Origin: Malacoraja senta
Lineage: Eukaryota
DNA length: 64,000 nucleotides
Reading direction: 5' to 3'
Assembly (NCBI GenBank): GCA_038087875.1
Contig: CM075998.1
Span: forward strand, 992,001-1,056,000
A program made the translations under genes and the position numbers. Under the pieces are notes generated by a model that worked only from the letters and a program-made list of their open reading frames with translations, made no database searches and was not told where the DNA came from. This document shows, piece after piece, positions 12,440-26,075 of this stretch (positions within the stretch are counted from its first letter, which is position 1; each line of letters opens with the position of its first letter).

Positions 12440-12830
12440 GTGTGAACACTTAACCACTTAAGCGTCGAAGTATCCAGGTTTTTTTCTCCTTTATAGGTAA
12501 CAATTGAAGGTAAAAGGTTTCTATTGCCACAAAGGTATTTTTTTTAACCACATTGTATTTTTAGGTTTGTGCTTATGGCTCTGTAGAAGTAGATCAATAT
12601 CAACGGTACACCTTTTTTAACAATTGATCAAAGTTTTGCACAGCTTTATTGCACAGGTTTACACCTTCTCCACCTTGGCATGTCTGCGTGTTAAACATGG
12701 TTATGGTAACGGCCATAAAGTGGTGCCCCTCACTTTCTCCCCAGGCATAGCACGTTTTCTTTGCAAATCACTTAAAATCCCACAGACATTAAATGTGAGG
12801 AGCCTGTATTAAATGTGTGACATTTTGTAG

Positions 12831-12916
12831 GGTCTGGGACAGAATCGGACAGCGATGAGTCGGTACCAGAACTGGAAGAACAGGATACAACGCAGTCAGC
12901 AACACAGCAAGCCCAG
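12831..12916 (+). CDS. NACA: NACA exon [29 protein letters not shown]
   Basis: ttgtag|...CAG|gtgtgt; near-identical to vertebrate NACA. Confidence 0.97.
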
Positions 12917-13775
12917 GTGTGTCTGCAAATGTGTGAATATAAGCATTATGAAACTGTTTTGAAAGGCAAACTGCCTTCACTGTGTAGTCCTTTCCACATA
13001 CTTGCATTCCAGCAGTCTTAACCTTTTGGTCTGCCTTCTTTCTGTGTGTCAAATGAAACCTCGTCCACCTCCTTTTTAACCAGCTTGTGCTGTTTGTATA
13101 ACGTTTGCCCCCTTCAGAAAAGTTGTGGTTACTCTAAAGAGGTTTACAAGACTGGTTCCAAGGTTGGTTGGTCTGATGTATGGGGGGAGATTGAGTGGAC
13201 TTAGTCTCTGTTCACTGGTGTTGAGAGGGGGAGGTGACAGAATTGAATATTACAAATTCTTAGAATCAGTACAATATAAATATGAGCCCTTCAGCCCACC
13301 ACATCCATGCTGATCTTTTTTGCTCATCTACACTAATCCCATTTGCTTGCATTACAACTATATCATTCAATTCCATGCCAATTTAAGTCTATTTAAATGA
13401 CTAAAACATAATTATATTTGATACCTGCAAGTTTACTTGCAGCTCCAGATATCGAGCACTTTTTTCAAAGAAAACGTGCCCCTCAGCTCCACTTTAAAAT
13501 TCTTTCCTCTTGCTTTCCTGTTGTCTTGCTTTTAAAGCCTACCATGGAAAAGGAGTTTTTAACTATCGTAATTGTGTATACTCCCATCAGGTGCCTCTGA
13601 GCCTCCTTTGCTCCAGGCTGTCCAGGAAAACAAGTCCAGCCTGTCCAATCTCTCCATAATTCAAGTCCTCCAATACAGGCAAGACCCAAGTAAAACCCCT
13701 CTGCACTTACCTTCATCTTGCATTGTGGCGACAAGAATTGCGCACACACCCAAGTGTGACCTTAACAGAGTAGAT

Positions 13776-13869
13776 CTGAAGAAGGGTTTCGGCCCGAAAA
13801 GTTGCCTAGCTCCTTCGCTCCATAGATGCTGCTGCACCCGCTGTGTTTCTCCAGCACTTTTGTGTACCT
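13776..13869 (+). mobile_element. 94-nt Penelope-derived mini-insertion with 14-bp TSD, inside an older CR1-like remnant
   Basis: TTAACAGAGTAGAT at 13762-13775 and 13870-13883. The insert starts at CTGAAGAAGGG. Confidence 0.8.
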
Positions 13870-15878
13870 TTAACAGAGTAGATGACAGGAGATGTTTCTC
13901 CTGGTAAAACTAGAATTGTGGCCATTAAAATTTGGCCAGAAATGAAGGGGATTTTCTTAGTGTGATGATTCCTTAGTAAGTAAGTAAGTACATTTTATTT
14001 ATACAGCACGTTGAAACCAAAGTGCTTTACATAGAAGAAATAATTAAGTTTCCGTACATCCATGGAAAAATAAAAAATAAGTAAAAATAACAACACATCA
14101 TAGAATTCAACATGAACGTCCCCCCGCAACAGAATCAAAAATTTCCACTGTGGGGAAAGGCATCAAAGTTCAGTCCTCTTCCTCTGTGATCACCCGAGGT
14201 CGGGGCCTATTTGTGGCCTCCGCAGCCTTTTGCCGGGAAGATGGAACTCCGGCGTCGGGTGAACAGTCCTTAAAATCCTCTAACCTGACGCCTGTAGCAG
14301 ATTAGCTATTGATTGCATTCAGGACAGATTGGCCATTTTCTGGATGCTAAAGGAATGAGGATGGGGCTAAAAAACAGAGTTTAAGGTGGCAGTTCAACCA
14401 CAGTTGTGTTGAAAGAAGGGGCCCCCATATCCTACAATCATAAACAGTGTATAAACAGGCCCTTCAGCCCATCAAGCACCTGTTTATACTAACCCCATTT
14501 TTATTCTTCCCACATTCCCATCCGGTCCTCTTCACGCACGTGTTCAGATTCTAACACTTGCCTGCACATTAGAGGCAGTTTGTATCAGACAATTAACCCA
14601 CCAAACATGCACCTATTTCTATTCTTGTGGTTTTCTTGCTATAGGATCAAGCTCAGTATCGAAATCAAGCATGATTCGATTGTGAAAGTTTGATTTAGTC
14701 TGGTTCTTTGAAATATATTTGTTTCTACTGAGGCATGCATCAGGGTTAGTTTCTCAGCAGTCTTCACGAGCTTGGTCAAAAAGCCATTCCTTCAAGTTTC
14801 ATGCTGTGGCAGGCCAAGATGTCAATGGTTAATAAATTGACAGCAAATGTATCTAATTTGCTTACCACCTTGTGTGTCGGTTGCCACCGCTTTCATCCAT
14901 TCAACTTTGGTTATTAGCTTTCATGAGTCTTCATAACTTGTGACCTGTGTGCATATCCCAAGCAGAAAACGTTGCATGAAATTGGAAAGCTGGCTCGCAT
15001 CTGGATGGAAGCATTTGAAGAGGTTAAAATGTGCCCCTCTACTGTTCACTGTGCAAATGATATGTATATTGCTAAATAAATAAAGATTGGTAGTATGAGC
15101 CAATTGTGTAAGTTTCCTTTGTGTGGAACAATGAAGTTATTTTCCTGCCTCTGCTATTGAGATCTTATGAAATACTAAGGGTAAAATTCTATGGGTGTTG
15201 GCAGTTCCCACCCGACTTCATGACCTTGATTTATGTGTGACCTGGGCACCAAAGAGTTGTTTAGAAAATAGAAGAATTTTGAGCATGTGCGCATAAATGC
15301 AATTCTCTTTTCCCCCAGCCTCCAATCCTTGTCCAAAAAGCTGATCACTTCCCGTAGCGCTTCGTTGCTTTTGATATATGCCTGTTAGGGCGGGACTGGT
15401 TCAACATTGCACCTGAAAAGAATTGGTGTTTTTTAAGCAGTTTGGACTGTTGAAGCTAATCTTGTGAAGACTGCCCCCTGCTGTTTTTGATTTGTGCTGC
15501 AAGTACAGGTCCAAATTTTAAAAAGATCTCCATTATCCTTTAATGTAATGTGCATAGTTAAGTTTAAGTTGGAAATCGGTCTAAATATGATGGTGGGCTT
15601 GACAGTTCCTTGGACACCAATTATGTACAGTAATTTGAGTTTGTACCAATCTTCGTTTTGATATTGGTGAGGAGCACAATTTGAGTACGGCAAATTGCCC
15701 ATAGTTGGAGCGTGTTTCCTAGGAGGGAATTGCGTGTTGTATATGATGGTGGCGAGATGGTAATCCTATTGACAATTTCCCTTTTCATATTGAAGGGTGG
15801 TTCTAGGTCTTCATCTTTGCTTGTATTTGTGAATGTGGTGATCTCTGCAGATCACTTGGAGCCTGGGACCCTGCCTTA

Positions 15879-16179
15879 AGGGCCTCTCCCACAGGCGGGT
15901 TTTTTCGGCGATTTGCCGGCACCAGTCAGGTCACCGAAAATTTTCAAAATGTTGAAAATCCAGCGGCGACCAGACAAAGGTACGACTCTTTGGGCGACTA
16001 CTCACAACCAAACAGGCGTCACACGTGTCGCCTGTTTGGTTGTGAGTAGTCGCCCAAAGAGTCGTACCTTTTTCTGGTCGCCGCTGGATTTTCAACATTT
16101 TGAAAATTTTCGGTGACCTGATGCGACTATGACGGGTGCCGTAAGTCGCCGAAAATATCGCGTAAGTGGGACAGGCCCT
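15879..16179. mobile_element. PIF/Harbinger-type MITE (fold-back)
   Basis: TIRs AGGGCCTCTCCCAC / GTGGGACAGGCCCT with TTA on both sides. Internal 93-bp arms at 15926-16018 and 16029-16121. Confidence 0.85.
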
Positions 16180-16316
16180 TTACCCAGTGTATGGCTGCAA
16201 TACCATGGTTGTAAAGAGGTGACCTCTAATTTAGCTAATAGAAACTGATGTACGTGGAGATGAGTTTCATTTGGTTTTGTACGAAGTGGTGTATTTATTT
16301 TTTTTTACTGTCGTAG

Positions 16317-16394
16317 CTTGCAGCTGCAGCCGAAATCGATGAAGAGCCAGTTAGCAAAGCAAAACAGAGCAGAAGTGAAAAGAAGGCGCGAAAA
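16317..16394 (+). CDS. NACA: NACA exon [26 protein letters not shown]
   Basis: tcgtag|...AAA|gtaagt. Confidence 0.98.
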
Positions 16395-16685
16395 GTAAGT
16401 AACTTTCTTGTTAACTTTGCTGCCTGCAATCTGTAAAAAATAATGGAGTAGTGGCAAATTATTTTGCAGTTCAATTAATTTGCTTGAAGTGCCATTTAAT
16501 AAATACTACATTAATTCTGGCATTTTTGTGTGTTTATAATGACTAAAATGAAAGAGGACTTTCTCTCAAGAAACCCCTCCAACTAAATTTAACAATGTCT
16601 TTGTGGCTTTTGTTCATTTGACCTGAGCTAGATGGTTAACATTGCACAGTAACCTCCCTGGACGGGTTGATAAATTGTATAATGA

Positions 16686-16895
<210 letters not shown>

Positions 16896-17304
16896 TAGAT
16901 GTGACCGCTAATTGTCGAGTTGCTGGATTTTGGGCTTTTCCTCGTGTTGACAACGTGTAAAACAAATCTGCCTTATGCTGCAGCTGCTTTTCCAGTTTTG
17001 TTTCCCCCAGAGGTGCACATCAATGTATCTTTCTTGGCAGCAAGCTTGTGCCCTAATGCTGTGAGCTGAGGCAGCCTTGTGCATCAAAAGTTGACAATGA
17101 ATAAAAATAAAGAAGCTGTTCTTGGGGTGCATGATCTGGTGCATCAAATAATGGGGAGCATTATTTGTACCAATGCTAGTTCAGAATGTGCTGTTTGAAA
17201 TTTTTTGCGAATGCTGGAAGTTTTCAATTTTATTTTGTGCTGTAATGGTTGCGTGTTTCTTTTCCAATGGAGGATTTCAACCCTATTTTTATGCTTATTC
17301 CTAG

Positions 17305-17442
<138 letters not shown>

Positions 17443-17550
17443 TAAGTTTGGCATCCAAGTTGCTGCCCACATCAGATTGGCAGCATATCACTGCCCATAT
17501 CACTCTTGATTTCATTCTGGATCTGACTAAATGGTCCACGTTTTTTTTAG

Positions 17551-17817
<267 letters not shown>

Positions 17818-17852
17818 TGATGTCTGATTCTGAACTCTTTTTTATTTTGCAG

Positions 17853-17867
17853 GAGTTGACGATGTAA
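17853..17867 (+). CDS. NACA: NACA last coding exon ELTM*
   Basis: ttgcag|GAG TTG ACG ATG TAA. Confidence 0.97.
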   Translation, partial: ELTM

Positions 17868-17944
17868 GCTGCAGGAAATAAGTGGGTAACAGTCCTTTTG
17901 GTGCAGCATCAGTACATTTGTACCATTTATATTGATAAACCTTA

Positions 17945-18177
17945 AATAAAGATGTGGCTTGAAATAGTTAATTTTGTTTAGACTGATCTCTGTGTATACA
18001 TCTCGATGCCAGCAAATATTCATCTTTAAGTTGGTACCACATATTGCTTCAATTAATTCTTTGGGACTGAACTTCCCAGGCGTTCCAGTCTGATGCTTTG
18101 CATTTTTATAGCGCTGCATTTTTCCTGTTGCTATTTACCAACTGCACTTCCATTTTTGACAATCATGTTCAAATAAA
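17945..18177 (+). terminator. NACA: NACA polyadenylation signals (two AATAAA)
   Basis: AATAAA at 17945 and 18172; the second is followed by a GT-rich tract. Confidence 0.65.
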
Positions 18178-20949
18178 GTGAATACTGGTGTAAATGTTTG
18201 TGTTAATTCTCACATCACATTAGGTACACCCATCATTGAACTGTGCCGCTTGGAAATAGGCATTTGGCTCACCGTGAGCATACAGACCTTTATGCCCACA
18301 TTAGTACTGTATCCTTCCATACTTGTTTGTCCAGGTGCTTCTTAATTGTAATGATTGTATTTGATTCAACCTCCAGTAACTCATTCCCCAAAAAGCTAAT
18401 TCCTCGGATCCTCTTAAAGTGTTATTTTTTAAAAACCCATTCGGCTTAAACCTATACTTTTTCTTTTTTTTTCCTCTACCCCTACCATGAAGAAAAGGAT
18501 TCTCCCTATTTATGCCTCATAAACCTTTTAAACCTCAATCAGATTGACCATGAGCCACATTTGCTTCAGGAAAAAACAAGTCCAGCCGATCCAATCTCTT
18601 CCCATAAGTAAGGTCCTCCAGTTCCTGATGAATTCCACATCTGATGGAGTGATAATCAGAATTGCACACAATATTCCCTGAAACCAATCCCAGTGTTTTG
18701 TGAAGTTGCTACATGGTGTCCCACCTCTTGTATTCTATGCCCTGACCAATGGCATGTTTGTCTTCATCTGTTGCCATTGCCCCATCAACCTGTGTTACCA
18801 CTTTTGGGGAACTTTGAACTTGGACTACTAGATCTCAATTTATCATGAAATTTGCTCCAAAAATCTTTAAAATGAAGGGGAGACTAACTTCTGACTTCAA
18901 AGCTTGGTCCTTGTCGTGGCTGTCTTTCTTTTGAAGTGTAAGAGACGACGGAACTATGTTTGCATTGCAAGTGTAAGATATGGGAATAATTTGGAGATAT
19001 CGATTAATACTTCAATATAAGAGAGCACTTGTTAAAATTTCTGATCTCTTCATCCTGTGGACATTGTGTTAACTTGTGGATCACTAGCCACGTGCTCTCT
19101 CAGGTACTTCAACATACGGAGTACGGTGAATGATGTGCACTTTTATGCATAAAGCAACTAAACTGGTTTTGTTTTCTGTGTGGCATTGGTGTAGTTGTGC
19201 CAAATCTATTAACCTACCTGCCTTTCGCATGTCCCAGCCAATGCTACTTAAGAGAACCTGCCAACCCAAGGCAAATGAACAATGGTAACATTGCAGTAGT
19301 TGTGTTATGCCAACTATTACTGAACCAAATTTGCAAAAGAGCATCTTTTCTAAAAGTGCACATTTTCTCAAACCAGACAGATCTTTCTTCCATTACTGTA
19401 ATGCTGTGTAACACTTAGTTTTAATTGTAAATATAACCAGCGATGAAAAGATTCAAGCTATTGAACTATGGAGAGGCTGGGAAAAGAGAACGTACTGCAT
19501 GCTTATAGTTTTCAGCATCAAATATCTGCACTGGTGCAAAAATAATGTACAATTCATTATATTCCTCCTCGCAATGTACCACTTTTGCACGCTTCAAGCA
19601 ATGCACATCTGATTGGATTTTTTGAATAGTATTGTGAATCAAATAGCAATACTGCTTTCTTGTCTCTTGGTATTTTGCTCGATACCAACCAATGCCTCAA
19701 TGGCTAATTTGCTGTGGCACCTTGCTGGCAAATGGACTAACAATGGCTACAAATCGCACCACTCAGGAGCAGCTGAAATTTCTATTAAATTCTGGTCAAA
19801 TAAAATCAAAAATATAATTGCTGGAAATCTGAAATAAAATCTATGCATCTGTGAAAAGAATATTAACGTTTCAGGCTGAAGGTACTTTGCCAGAATTGGG
19901 AAAGTTCCAAGATGTATACAATGGGAGAGGGATAATACATCTGGAATATCTGTAATGGGTTGGGGCCAGGATTGCTGTGAGGATGTGTTGTTAAAGGAGC
20001 AGTTTAATTGCGCCAACGGTTGTGTATCAGCGATCCACATGCCCTCGAATCAAGGTGTTCACAGTATTAGTATGTTGGGTTGAGGATTTTTTTCCTGGGA
20101 ACATACAACCTTGGTAAAGACTTAAGATTAAATTGATAGTTCATTTAACTTTTATTTTGAGGAATCTGGAAGTTGCTGATAACGCCAGCATTTATTGGCC
20201 ACTCGTAATTCTCATTCAGATGGTGGTGCTAGTGAGCCACTATTGACTGGAACCAAAACAGTCCTCAGAAGTTGCTCCCGCAATGCATTTCCAAGTCGGG
20301 ATGCTGTGTTTTGCTTTTGTTCTCGATGGTGGACATTAAGTTTGGGAGAAGCTGTTAGCGCAACATAGGTGAGTAACTGCAGTGTGCTTTGTAGCCACTG
20401 CAGCCACTACACCTGTGCTGGATGAGGAAGCTATCCTCATCCAGACAAATGGAGGACATTCCATCATGCTTGTGCATGTGGATAGTGAGGTGTCAGGAGG
20501 CAAATCACTTCTTGGAGAAAACCCAGCATTTGACTTATAGCCATGGTATTTATCTGGCTGGTTCAACTGGCTTTCTGGTCAGTGGTAACCTCTAAAATGT
20601 TGAGGGATTCCATGATGGTAATGGTATTGAATGTCAAGGGTAGAAGGTTAGTTTTGTTGAAGATAGTCATTATCTGGAGCTCAGTAGCATGTTGCCATTT
20701 AACAGTTCATGCCTGAATGTTGTCAATCTTGCAACATGTTAGTTTGAATGGCTTCATTTTTTGCAAGAGTTATGTGATTGAACACTGCAACATTGAACAC
20801 CCAACTTCTGATCGGTCATTGAAACAGCTGAAGATTGTTGGGCTTGAGGCATAGCTCTGTGACAAACTCCTGCCAGCATAATGGGTATTCGACAAAGCCA
20901 ACCATCTTTGGAAGCTATGGCCAGCCATTGATGTATTTTGTTCCACAAG

Positions 20950-21497
20950 ATATTGTGTGCAGTTTTGGTCCCCTAATTTGAGGAAGGACATTCTTGTTAT
21001 TGAGGGAGTGCAACGTAGGTTTACAAGGTTAATTCCCTGGATGGCGGGACTGTCATATGCTGAGAGAATGGAGCAGCTGGGCTTGTACACTCTGGAGTTT
21101 AGAAGGATGAGAGGGGATTTTATTGAAACATATAAGATTGCTAAGGGTTTGGACATGCTAGAGGGAGGAAACGTGTTCCCGATGTTGGGGGAGTCCAGAA
21201 CCAGGGGCTACAGTTTAAGAATGAAGAGTAAGCCATTTAGAACGGAGACGAGGAAACACTTTTTCTCACAGAGAGTGGTGAGTTTGTGGAATTCTCTGCC
21301 TCAGAGGTCGGTGGAGGCAGGTTCTCTGGATGCTTTCTAGAGAGAGCTAGATAGGGCTCTTAAAAATAGCGGAGTCAGGGGATATGGGGAGAAGGCAGGA
21401 ACGGGGTACTGATTGGGGATGATCAGCCATGATCACACTGAATGGCGGTGCTGGCTCGAAGGGCCGAATGGCCTACTCCTGCACCTATTGTCTATTG
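20950..21497 (+). mobile_element. CR1-clade (HER1-like) LINE 3' fragment
   Basis: ORF QFWSPNLRKDILVIEGVQRRFTRLIP...RVVSLWNSLP and 3' tail gggccgaatggcctactcctgc. Confidence 0.9.
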
Positions 21498-22192
21498 ACT
21501 TCAAATTTTTTCTGGGCTGCTTGATACCACATTCTTGTCATCAAGTTGTAACAGCGTCAAAGTTGTTGATCTCGTTTTGCCTCTGGAATTGCTTTTTTTG
21601 GCCTATGTTTGGGCCAAGACGTATGTCTGGAGTCAAGTGACCCTGTCAAAATCCAAAGCAGTGAGCAAGTGTTGCGTGATAGCATTCAGCACATTTGCCT
21701 GAGAGTAGACATTGGTCATTTCGCTGGATTGGATTTGTCCTGCTTTTTGTGGACCGGCACTAGCTGGCAACTTTTCACTTCATCAGCTGGATGCCAAGGT
21801 TATAAACTTACTGAAACAGTTTGGAGGTATGGCTAGTTCTGGAGCACAGGCCTTCAGTCTTAGAGCCAGTTGATTATGTGGTCTCATGGCCTCTGCTTTA
21901 TCCGATGCTGTCAACCGTTTCTTGCTATCACGTGGAGCAATTTGAAATGGCTCGAGACCGGCACAAATTCTGAGAGGAGGCAGGGGTGGATCATCCAGCC
22001 TGTTCTGGCTGAATGTGATTGCGAAAGCCTTATCTTTAACACTTGCAAACTGCTCTCTGCCATGGCTGCGGATGGGAAATGCTCTTGGTGCTGCCCGCTG
22101 TTTAATTGTCCATTGCCGTCCAAGACTAGATGGAGTGGGGCTGTGGAATGTTGAACTCAGCTGTTGGTTAGAGATCACTCACCTCTGTTGAT

Positions 22193-23186
22193 CACGGTGG
22201 CGCAGCGGTAGAGTTGCTGCTTTACAGCGCCAGAGACCCGGGTTCAATCCCGACTATGGGTGCTGTCTGTACGGAGTTTGTACATTCTCCCTGTGACCTG
22301 CGTGGGTTTTCTCCGAGATCTTCAGTTTCCTCCCACATTCAAGAGTTACAGGTATGTAGGTTAATTGGCTCGATGTATGTGTAAATTGTCCATAGTCAAG
22401 AGAGTTTTATTGTCATGTGTCCCAGACGGACAATGAAATTCTTACTTGCAACACAACAGAATATGTAAATATAATACAAAACGGAAGATAAAAGTTCAGA
22501 GTGTCTATAGACCATATATGCACAATAAATAAACAGATAGTGTGTGGAGGATAGTGTTAATGTGCAGGGATCGCTGGTAATAATAATAATAATACATTTT
22601 ATTTGTATAGCGCTTTTCAAGGACTCAAAGTCGCTTTACATGGAGAGTCAAAAACAAAACAAAATAGAGCAGTAAGGCAGAGATGCAAAGGGGAGGGGGA
22701 CATGGAACTAAGGGTATGCAGAGGTGAAGAGATGGGTCTTGAGGCGGGACTGGAGGATGGTGAGGGATTCAGAATTTCGGATCAATTGTGGGAGGGAGTT
22801 CCAGAGCCTGGGAGCTGCCCTGGAGAAGGCTCTGTTTCCAAAAGTGCAGAGGTTGGATTTCGGAATGGAGAGGAGACCGGCTGATGTGGATCTGAGGGAC
22901 CGTGAGGGTTGGTAGGGGGAGAGGAGGTCAGTGAGATAAGGGGGGGGCAAGTGGTTGAGGGCTTTGTAGGTGAGGACCAGGATTTTGTAGATGATTCGGT
23001 GGGAAATGGGAAGCCAGTGAAGTTCTTTGAGAACTGGCGTGATGTGGTGCCAGGATTTGGTGTGGGTGATGAGTCGGGCGGCTGCATTCTGGACCAGTTG
23101 GAATCGGTTGATGTTGCTGGAAGAGAAGAGATGGTAGGTGTGGACTCGGTCCTTGTTTCCGCGCTGTATCTCTAAACTAAACCAAA
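22193..23186 (+). mobile_element. tRNA-derived V-SINE (HE1-like), split by two insertions
   Basis: A/B boxes (tggcgcagcggt; gggttcaatccc) and V-domain at 22193-22395. Resumes at ~22539-22578 and ~23133-23186, ending in a ctaaa tail. Confidence 0.75.
22580..23130 (-). mobile_element. L2-clade LINE 3' fragment
   Basis: PPYLTDLLSPYQPSRSLRS...GNRAFSRAAPRLWNSLP...LKTHLF, with a (TTA)n tail. Confidence 0.85.
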
Positions 23187-24502
23187 ATGCTTTTTTTACC
23201 CTCGCTATTTTTCATGCATGCAGTCTCAATGGCCTAACACCTGAATTTTTGTTTGCCCAGTACTGTTCGTGGCATGCCCTCATGCACTCATTGAACAAGG
23301 GTTGATCCACTGGCTTGTTAACGGTGGAGTGAGCCATATAGCAGGCCAGGGGGTTATGGAAAGTGGACCATCAGGTGCAGTACAAACATGCTGCGTAGTG
23401 TTTCATGGAGGCCAAGTTTTGAGCTTCTAGATCCATTTCAAGTCTGTCCCATTTAGCTAATTTCTGGTGCCATAAACTGTGATGGAGGGTGTGCTTGTTG
23501 TGCAGACGACACCTTGTCTCCACGTGGACTGTGTGCTGGTCACTCCTACCGATGCTATTATTGGACAGATTCCTCTCCCTCAGGGTAGATTGGAAATGAG
23601 GTGGAGTCGGTTTATTGTTCTTGCAGCTTTGCAGGCAAACTTGCCGCAGAGCCAATTTGGCAGAGGTGTCGTGTGGAGCTCGGCCCAAGGTGATGCCACC
23701 TACCCAGTCGTGGTCATGTTCAAGTCTCCTGCAAAGATGCTGCATTCAGTGTTGCTCAGCATGGAAGAGGACAGATCCATCTGCTGAGGGTGCCTAGTCG
23801 GCAATATTGAGTATGAAGTTGCTTTACCCTCCTTTAAACTGTTGTGGAGTCTGGAATCTATGTTGAGGACTCCCTTATTCCTGGGTACAGTATGTCACTG
23901 TCTCCAGTGAGACAGGAAGTAACCAGCACTTGGAATGAGGAGACTGGTTCACTGTCAAAAGTGTGATTCTATAAGTTTGAGAGGCAGAGGTAAAGTAGAC
24001 AGTCAGAGGATGGAAATGTTAAAGACTAAAGGAGAGGTGAGAGGGGCAAAATTTAAAGCAAATGTGCAGGGCAGATTTTTTTAAACGCCAGTGTGTGGCT
24101 GGAACACACTGCCAGAGATGATGGTGGAGACGGATACGATAGTGGAATTTAAGAGACTTTTAGATGGGCACGTGGATATGTTGAGAATGGAGGGATATGG
24201 ATCACATGCTGGCAGAGATTAGTTTAACTTGGCATCAAGTCTGGCATGGACATTGTGGAACAAAAAACCTGTTCCTGTGCTGTACTGTTCTATGTTCTGT
24301 AACCAGGTTGTTACTTGCCTTTGAGGCAGCTTTCTATTTGGACACGACCTCAAACACCTTGGGATGGACTTAGCAAGATAAATTGGCCGAGGAATTCTTT
24401 TTTTCTGAATTTAGTGGCTAGAGCAATACCTGGTGGTTGGTTCAATTTTCTTTATTTCAATGGTTAGCGTACATCAGTACCTTACTCTGTACACCTGTAC
24501 CT

Positions 24503-24605
24503 CATCAGTCTGAAGAAGGGTCTCGACCCAAAACATCACCCATTCCTTCTCTCCAGAGATGCTGCCTGTCCTGCTGAGTTATTCCAGCATTTTGTGTCTA
24601 TATTT
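24503..24605 (+). mobile_element. Penelope-derived mini-insertion
   Basis: CTGAAGAAGGGTCTCGACCC at 24510; possible TSD TGTACCT at 24496 and 24606. Confidence 0.65.
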
Positions 24606-24936
24606 TGTACCTTACTAGGTTGCTATTGTTAATTGCACACGAGCATCTCTCAACACTTATCTTTGCCAGACGTGATCATTGTGATAGTGTTTGAATATTG
24701 ATCTCAATCGTTACCCAGACTTGGTCCATGTCTAAGATTATTTAGCATGTGTGCATGGGCGTTGGAGAAAGTTGGAACTGGTCTCAGCAATAAAATCTTC
24801 TCTCAGCATAGACCTGCTTTGATACCGTGTTATCCTTGAGTAAGGGGAATAAAATAAGATTGGGATTAATGAAGCATTTGGGTGATGTGCAAAGATAGCA
24901 AGTGACCTGATGTTTTCCCTATTTTTTGTAAATATG

Positions 24937-25400
24937 GTTTAGGTTTATTGTGTACTGAAATACAGTGAGAAGTTTTTTCATGCTATCCAAACAGATCAGG
25001 TATACCATAAATACAATCAAGTGAAACTTGAGTATAATAGGTAGAGCAATGGGGAAGGTACAGAATGCAAAATATAGTTCTCAGCATTGCAGCGCATCAG
25101 TTCAATAGACAATGTCCAGTGTCCATAATGGGGTAGGGTTGAATCAGACAGTATCCTAGCTTGTGGAAGCCTGATAACAGAGGGGAAGAAGCTGTTCCTG
25201 AGTCGAGTGGTGCGTGCTTTTAAAATTCTGTACCTTCTGCCGGGCAGGAGCAGGGAGAAGGAGGACTGTCCTGGGGTGGAACAAATCTATGATGTTGGAT
25301 GCTTTTCCAAGGTGACGTGAAATGTCGATGGGGGGAGGTCTGGTCTGTGCGATGTACCGGGCTACATCTACAACTCTGCAATTTCTTGCAGTCCTGGGCA
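24937..25400 (-). mobile_element. Rex1/Babar LINE 3' remnant
   Basis: Minus strand shows a degenerate ...NSFFPSVIRL-type end. Confidence 0.6.
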
Positions 25401-25631
25401 GACTGTCTTGAACTTTCAATAGCTTAACCACAATGTACTTTTGTGAATGAATGTTCTCCATTTCTTCCACTCTTTCCCATTGCACTAAGGTCGTATGGCC
25501 AGTCTCGCCTAATTCTCCTGCCCCAGCTGCTCAAAAAACGATGATACTCTACAAATTTAATGCTGCTGGAGTTGGTGTAGATGTTGGTCGATTTTTTTTT
25601 TTTTCCCTTCTAAGCTACAATACCATTTTAC

Positions 25632-26075
25632 GGCGAGACCAAGTGCAGGCTCGGAGATCGTTTCGCTGAACACCTCTGCTCAGTCCGCCTTAACCTACCT
25701 GATCTCCCGGTTGCTCAGCACTTTAACTCCCACTCCTATTCCCAAACTGACCTTTCTGTCCTGGGCTTCCTCTGTTGTCAGAGTGAGGCCCAGCGCAAAT
25801 TAGAGGAACAGCATCTCATATTTTGCTTGGTTAACTTACACCCCAGCGGTATGAACATTGACTTCTCTAACTTCAAATAGCCCTTGCTTTCCCTCTCCAT
25901 CCCCTCCCCTTCCCAGTTCTCCCACCAGTCTTACTGTCTCTGATTATATTCTATCTCTGTCCCACCCACTCCCCTGTCATCAGTCTGAAGAAGGGTCTCG
26001 ACCCGAGACGTCACCCATTCCTTATCTCCAGAGATGCTGCCTGTCCCACTGAGTTACTCCAACATTTTGTGTCTA
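25632..26075 (+). mobile_element. Penelope-like element: GIY-YIG C-terminal part plus pLTR
   Basis: GETKCRLGDRFAEHL...PVAQHFNSHS...KLEEQHLIF...HPSGMNIDFSNFK*, then a hammerhead-like motif at 25985. Confidence 0.85.

Larger units (their letters stand above)
20170..23810 (-). mobile_element. Old degenerate non-LTR retrotransposon interrupted by younger insertions
   Basis: Decayed LINE-like segments at ~20170-20950, ~21500-22190 and ~23190-23810. No intact ORF; family not assigned. Confidence 0.45.

Noticed and set aside
22193-22260. tRNA-like sequence with A and B boxes
   Set aside because: It is the head of a V-SINE, not a full cloverleaf tRNA gene.
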